DNA of 64,000 nucleotides from Octopus vulgaris (Eukaryota): NCBI GenBank assembly GCA_951406725.2, contig OX597826.1, positions 25,792,001 to 25,856,000 of the forward strand, read 5' to 3'. Shown piece by piece: positions 58,522 to 64,000 of this stretch (position 1 is its first letter; each line of letters starts with the position of its first letter). The notes under the pieces were generated by a model. It saw only the letters and a program-made list of their open reading frames with translations, ran no database searches and was not told where the DNA came from. The position numbers and the translations under genes were made by a program.

Positions 58522-58691
58522 AACATACATACTAACATATATACATATAGACATACATACACACATAATACACACATACACACACATATACACACGTACA
58601 CAGACAAGTATACGCACACACACAAAGACACACACACATACTTGTATACATGTTAAACCACTTAAAGCACTTATCTGTTAATTGTCGCATC

Positions 58692-58744
<53 letters not shown>

Positions 58745-58769
58745 GTATGTATATATATTGCTCTTTGAT

Positions 58770-58870
58770 TGCGTCAAAGTCAACCAACAGAACCGTGCCT
58801 AACTTCCTCTATAAATCTTGTTTCTATTTGTTTATCTGTCAAACGAAAGAGCTAGTATTTCAGTGCATCC
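58770..58870 (+). promoter_or_regulatory. candidate core promoter: CRE-like TGCGTCA (58770), TATAAAT (58810)
   Basis: Motifs in unique sequence 90-130 bp upstream of a signal-peptide ATG. Confidence 0.35.
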
Positions 58871-58899
58871 GTATATTTTCGTTGAACACTCGACCGAAT

Positions 58900-58990
58900 A
58901 TGTCGAGGTTTTCATCACTGTGTATAGTTCTCGTTGCTTTTTATGTTGTTGCGGCGACTTCAGAAATAGATAATGACGAACTACGAAATG
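58900..58990 (+). CDS. candidate first coding exon of a secreted protein (MSRFSSLCIVLVAFYVVAATSEIDNDELRN, phase-1 donor)
   Basis: aatATG context, n/h/c signal-peptide pattern, acidic segment, ATG|GTAAAT donor. Confidence 0.55.
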
Positions 58991-59223
58991 GTAAATATTA
59001 CTTTTGTAAATAACCCATGCCTGTTTCTTAAATTTGTTACAGTACACATAAACAGACGCACACGCGCATATACATACACATACACATACGCACATACATA
59101 CAAACATACATGCATACGAACATGCACAGTTATACAAATTGATTATTTTGTTGTACAGAAGGATACAACACAATATAACGATGCGTTTAAAATGTTTAGA
59201 GCCTGGTGTATATGTTTGTTGTG

Positions 59224-59640
59224 AAGGCGGCGAGCTGGCAGAAACGTTAGCGCGCCGGACGAAATGCTGAGCGGTATTGCGTCTGCCGCTACGTTCTAGG
59301 TTCAAATTCCGCCGAGGTCGACTTTGCCTTTCATCTTTTCGGGGTCGATTAAATACATACCAGTTACGCACTGGGGTCGATATAATCGACTTAATCCGTT
59401 TGTCTGTCCTTGTTTGTCCCCTCTGTGTTTAGCCCCTTCGTGGGTAGTAAAGAAATAGGTATTTCGTCTGCCGTTACGTTCTGAGTTCAAATTCCGCCGA
59501 TGTCGACTTTACCTGTCATCCTTTCGTGGTCGATAAATAAAGTACCAGTTCCGCCCTGGTACTTTATTTATCAAATTAATCCGTTTGTCTGTCCTTATTT
59601 GTCTCCTCTGTGTTTAGCCCCTTGTGGGTAGTAAAGAAAT
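59224..59640 (+). mobile_element. SINE family B dimer
   Basis: Matches 14908-15322. Confidence 0.88.
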
Positions 59641-59944
59641 ATATATGCTTGTTGTGTGAGATTATATTAAAGGAGATTACAAAATCGCTACTTAGGTTTC
59701 AATCGATTGCAACGCTCAAGACGTCTTTTTTAGAAAAAGATAAACAATGAAAGATACCATTGACTGAAGGTCTTACCAAACGAAACCAGGCGTGGTTTTG
59801 TGGTGAGAGGTTTGCATTCCACTTATATGGTTCTGGGTTCACACCCACTGCGTGGCACCTTGGGAAAATGTTTTCTACGATAGCGTCGGCTGACCAAAGC
59901 CTTGTGAGTGAATTTAATAGACTGAAACTTAAAGAAGCCCGTCG

Positions 59945-60065
<121 letters not shown>

Positions 60066-60070
60066 GTCTA

Positions 60071-60158
<88 letters not shown>

Positions 60159-60307
60159 CATGCATATATAGTACAATATTAATATATTAGATGGATATGT
60201 GTGTGTATGTATTTATAAATGAACATATGTATGTGCATTTATATATATATATATACATATAACACTATTAATAAAATAGTAGATGGAATGTGTAACAATT
60301 TTATTGG

Positions 60308-60349
60308 GTACAACACATGTTTCGACCCGTTCTGGGTCTCTTCAGGTAC
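60308..60349 (-). ncRNA. minimal type-I hammerhead ribozyme
   Basis: gtac-CTGAAGA-gaccc agaac gggtc-GAAA-catgtg-TT-gtac. Stem I extends via ttttattg/caataaaa. Confidence 0.88.
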
Positions 60350-60830
60350 ATCAATAAAAAGTCTCACTAGAGACTATGCGAGTGTATTAACACATGCGTG
60401 TGTGTGAAGCTTCGCACAGACGTGAGTATCTTGCTTTATGTACGCATCTATGCACATATTTATCCATGCTATGTACGTATTTTTATGTATATATACACGT
60501 GCGTACCTTCATATACGAGCTCCTGTACATGTATGTATATATGCGTTCATACGTGTGCGTATGCGCGTGTATCTACAAGAACACAAAAAAAGTTTCGCCT
60601 ACGTATTATCTTCTTTTCAACTTCTACTTCCTTCTCTTTCTCTTAACCGTTACAACAGCAAAAGCTGATTACATTATTTTCTCTAAACTAGAATGTATAA
60701 TCATTACGCTCATATTTGAAATATTTGTGTTTCAATAATTTTTCTCTGATTTTACTCATTCTCGAATTTGATGGACATATAGCCGTACTTAAGCCGACTC
60801 AAGAAATCTCTAGTGAGACTTTTTATTGAT

Positions 60831-60872
60831 GTACCTGAAGAGACCCAGAACGGGTCGAAACATGTGTTGTAC
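60831..60872 (+). ncRNA. minimal type-I hammerhead ribozyme
   Basis: Identical 42-nt core to 60308-60349. Confidence 0.88.
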
Positions 60873-61163
60873 CGAATAAAGTCCATTACACATTCTATCT
60901 CTTATTTTATTAATACTGTTACCCCAAACGTCACTACGCAGTTCCTGCAATCAATTCTACAGGTAACAATACCACAAGGCAATCGAAACTGTGCTGGTGC
61001 TTTACTCATCAGTTTCTAGAAATGTTCTTTATGTTGCATGTCTCATATCTCTATTTGTTTCTTTCGTTGTTAAAAAAAAATAGTTTGTTTTCCATGATTT
61101 TGTTTTTATGTTCTCGTTTCTCATTTTGTTCACGCTTTCTTTTATGTCCTGTACATATATATT

Positions 61164-61935
61164 ATTATTATTATGGCTTCCCCTTCGTTATCGAGTATGG
61201 ACATTGCATGAAGCTTAATTGTTGCTGGTGCTGTGATCGAATGTGACTTTTTAGCCCAGCTAAAGATCTACAATGTCTTGTACAAAATTGGCAACTAAAA
61301 CATTTAACGGTAATTGCCGGCTGTAGTTGTAACTGGGCTTCATGTACCTTTGCATGTCGTTTAAGTCCTCCTGCTGTATTACACTCTCTTCTACATGCCC
61401 GACAGATATGATTAGTATGGTGTGTTACACTACCACTAGTGGCCAGGTTGTCACTCATCTGTCTCATTTTATGACTACGAAGATGACTCTTGAGTCCAGC
61501 TTTACTGAGGCAGGGTCTTGCACAGACACTGCATGTCAGTATCATAGGAAGACCCTTCCCATCTGGAAGTGTAACAGCGTTGCCCTTCCTGACATCCCTC
61601 CTTACTTTCTCATGTGCAACTCGGGATTTCTCAAAAGTGGCCGTCCCCTCGTACACAACCCTTCTCCACCTGCTACGATCAATAGCTATGCCTTCCCATG
61701 CGTCAGGAGAGATGCAAGCATCTCTTAAGGAAGCCTTCAGCAAGTCCTTATACCTCTTTTTTGGTTTATGTGGAGGTCGTTCTCCTTTAGCTAACTTTCC
61801 ATAAAAGAGTTGTTTTAGCATCATTGAATGCTTCATCCTGACCAGATGACCACTCCATCTGAGCCTTTGCTTTAACCCAAGAGCTTCTATACTTTCACAC
61901 CGAGAGCCTTCCAATATTTCAAGATCACTGATAAG
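61164..61935 (-). mobile_element. RTE-clade LINE 3' end with three C-terminal C2H2 zinc fingers and (TAA)n tail
   Basis: LRWSGHLVRM, KQLFYG, PKKRYKD.LKASL, WE..A.DRS.WR. Three CxxC..GLK.H...H units, and the stop runs into TAA repeats. Confidence 0.92.
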
Positions 61936-62467
61936 TACATACATATGTAGGTATGTGCATATATATGTACATATATGTATGTTTCCCCGCGTGACCGGTG
62001 TTCGGCCAGGCCTAACGTTTCTTTCTTGGTTGGACTACTCTCCGTACAACATCTATATTCCTTCCTGTGCTTGTTAAATCTTATGTCTCTACCATAAAGC
62101 TTCGTTTCCACACACGCCAGCTTAATCTCATTCGTCCTTAGTCGAAAGACACTTGTTATGTTCTGTTATTTGTACAACATTTCTGGGGTTTTTTTCCGTC
62201 CTGGTTTTCGTATACATTCGCTGCTTTCTTCCAAGGAATGTAATGCTCTTAGCTTATTTTCCTTGGGGCTGGCCAGATTGGAGCAATCTCGAGTATAACC
62301 AGCCAAAATTGCAAAGATAATCTGGAACTCGAATGAGGATAGAAAGCTCCGAATGATTCGTCCTTGTTTTCCTTGTATCATCTGTCTGGATATTTTGTTT
62401 TCGTTTTTTTTTTGCTTCACCTAACTGTCTGGATGTTTTGCGTTCTTGTCCCATTATGTATTTATAT

Positions 62468-62543
<76 letters not shown>

Positions 62544-62927
62544 GGCAAATAAGAAAGTATTGGAAGAAAACACACATATAGTAAATATGAGTTACACACA
62601 CATATATTAGTATTACAGAGAAGAGCTTTTGATGTATTACATGTCTATGTTTTCTTCTGATACTTTCTAATGCTTTGGAATAAATAGACAGACTGGAATG
62701 TCTACCGGATGATGTATGTCGTTTCGTATCCTCTCCATTTTCTTATCTGCCGTATAAATTAAGGGTAACCACTTTTTACCCCCCGTCCATATATGACACT
62801 CAGTTGTGAGATTGCCACGCAATAACCAGCATTTGGGTATGAATAATTGGGTACACGAACAACAGTATATTGGATAGGCACTATCCCTTAGTTGGTTTGT
62901 TTCCCAACCTTTCTAACTCTCACACAA

Positions 62928-63023
<96 letters not shown>

Positions 63024-63178
63024 TGATAGTTATCGCTAGGCTAACATGGCAGTCTAGATAAATAGGACGAATGCTGCCGTTGATTAACTCCAAGAGTTAG
63101 CTTTGTGACACACAAACCTGTGTCCATTATAACCTTCGAACAGGGGAGATCAGCTGCTTCCCCTTGCTGGTCTGGCAA

Positions 63179-63219
63179 CCACAGACTAGTTTCGAGGTGT
63201 TTGCCTCTTATCAATGTGG
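63179..63219 (-). ncRNA. minimal hammerhead ribozyme with compensatory U3:A8 core
   Basis: ccaca-TTGATAA-gagg caaaca cctc-GAAA-ctag-TC-tgtgg. All stems perfect. Confidence 0.8.
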
Positions 63220-63246
63220 AGTAGCCGAATCCAGCAGGCATATATA

Positions 63247-63321
<75 letters not shown>

Positions 63322-63329
63322 GATGCTTT

Positions 63330-63390
63330 AATAGGCGACGAGAATGCATCGTAGCTCTTACCTCCGCCAGTTGAAACTCCGAGTATTATT
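63330..63390 (+). ncRNA. degenerate hammerhead motif (GCGACGA core)
   Basis: aatag-GCGACGA...-GAAA-ctccgag-TA-ttatt. Stem III shared with 19271-19283. Confidence 0.35.
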
Positions 63391-63477
63391 ATGACATCTT
63401 ACTGATTGTCTTAAACTATACATATATAAATAATCCTCTAATTATCTAATATCCAGGTCTCATTCTTTTGTTGTCAC

Positions 63478-63851
<374 letters not shown>

Positions 63852-64000
63852 GAGTGAGAGAGCAGTGCATGCCATCAAAGTGACACTGGGGTAAAATATA
63901 CGAAGCCCAATATACCCATCATGACTACCCGTCTGATAAGGGTACACCAGGCACATGCATCACAACCATATGTGCGCGACATGGTGATCTCATATCAAGA
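63852..64000 (-). mobile_element. second copy of the TAT-associated repeat at 1244-1780 (runs off the window)
   Basis: Direct similarity to 1250-1385. Confidence 0.8.

Larger units (their letters stand above)
60261..60920. mobile_element. inverted-repeat cassette (~112 bp arms, ~435 bp spacer), one intact hammerhead per arm
   Basis: 60261-60373 is the reverse complement of 60809-60920. Confidence 0.9.

Overview
AT-rich, microsatellite-saturated animal DNA. The SINE families and repeat content point to an octopus/cephalopod genome, but this is pattern recognition, not a database result. No complete host gene is visible, and nearly all ORFs in the supplied track are simple-repeat artefacts. 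The recognisable coding pieces are decayed transposons: four R4/Dong-type LINE 3' ends, three Tx1-type LINEs, an RTE LINE, two CR1-like fragments, a Penelope-like RT/GIY-YIG element, a Helitron, mariner and Tc1 elements, and a probable Gypsy LTR/gag stub. There are also dozens of tRNA-derived SINE copies in three families. The main hidden signal is RNA-structural: 14 minimal type-I hammerhead ribozyme (HHR) motifs read by eye from several unrelated repeat families. Eight of them sit in four ORF-less inverted-repeat cassettes with ribozymes pointing outwards. Core variants include a compensatory U3:A8 pair and a recurrent U4->C change. Weaker host-gene candidates are a signal-peptide first exon with a TATA box at 58.9 kb and possible minus-strand exons at 4.8-11.2 kb. 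Repeat boundaries are approximate.
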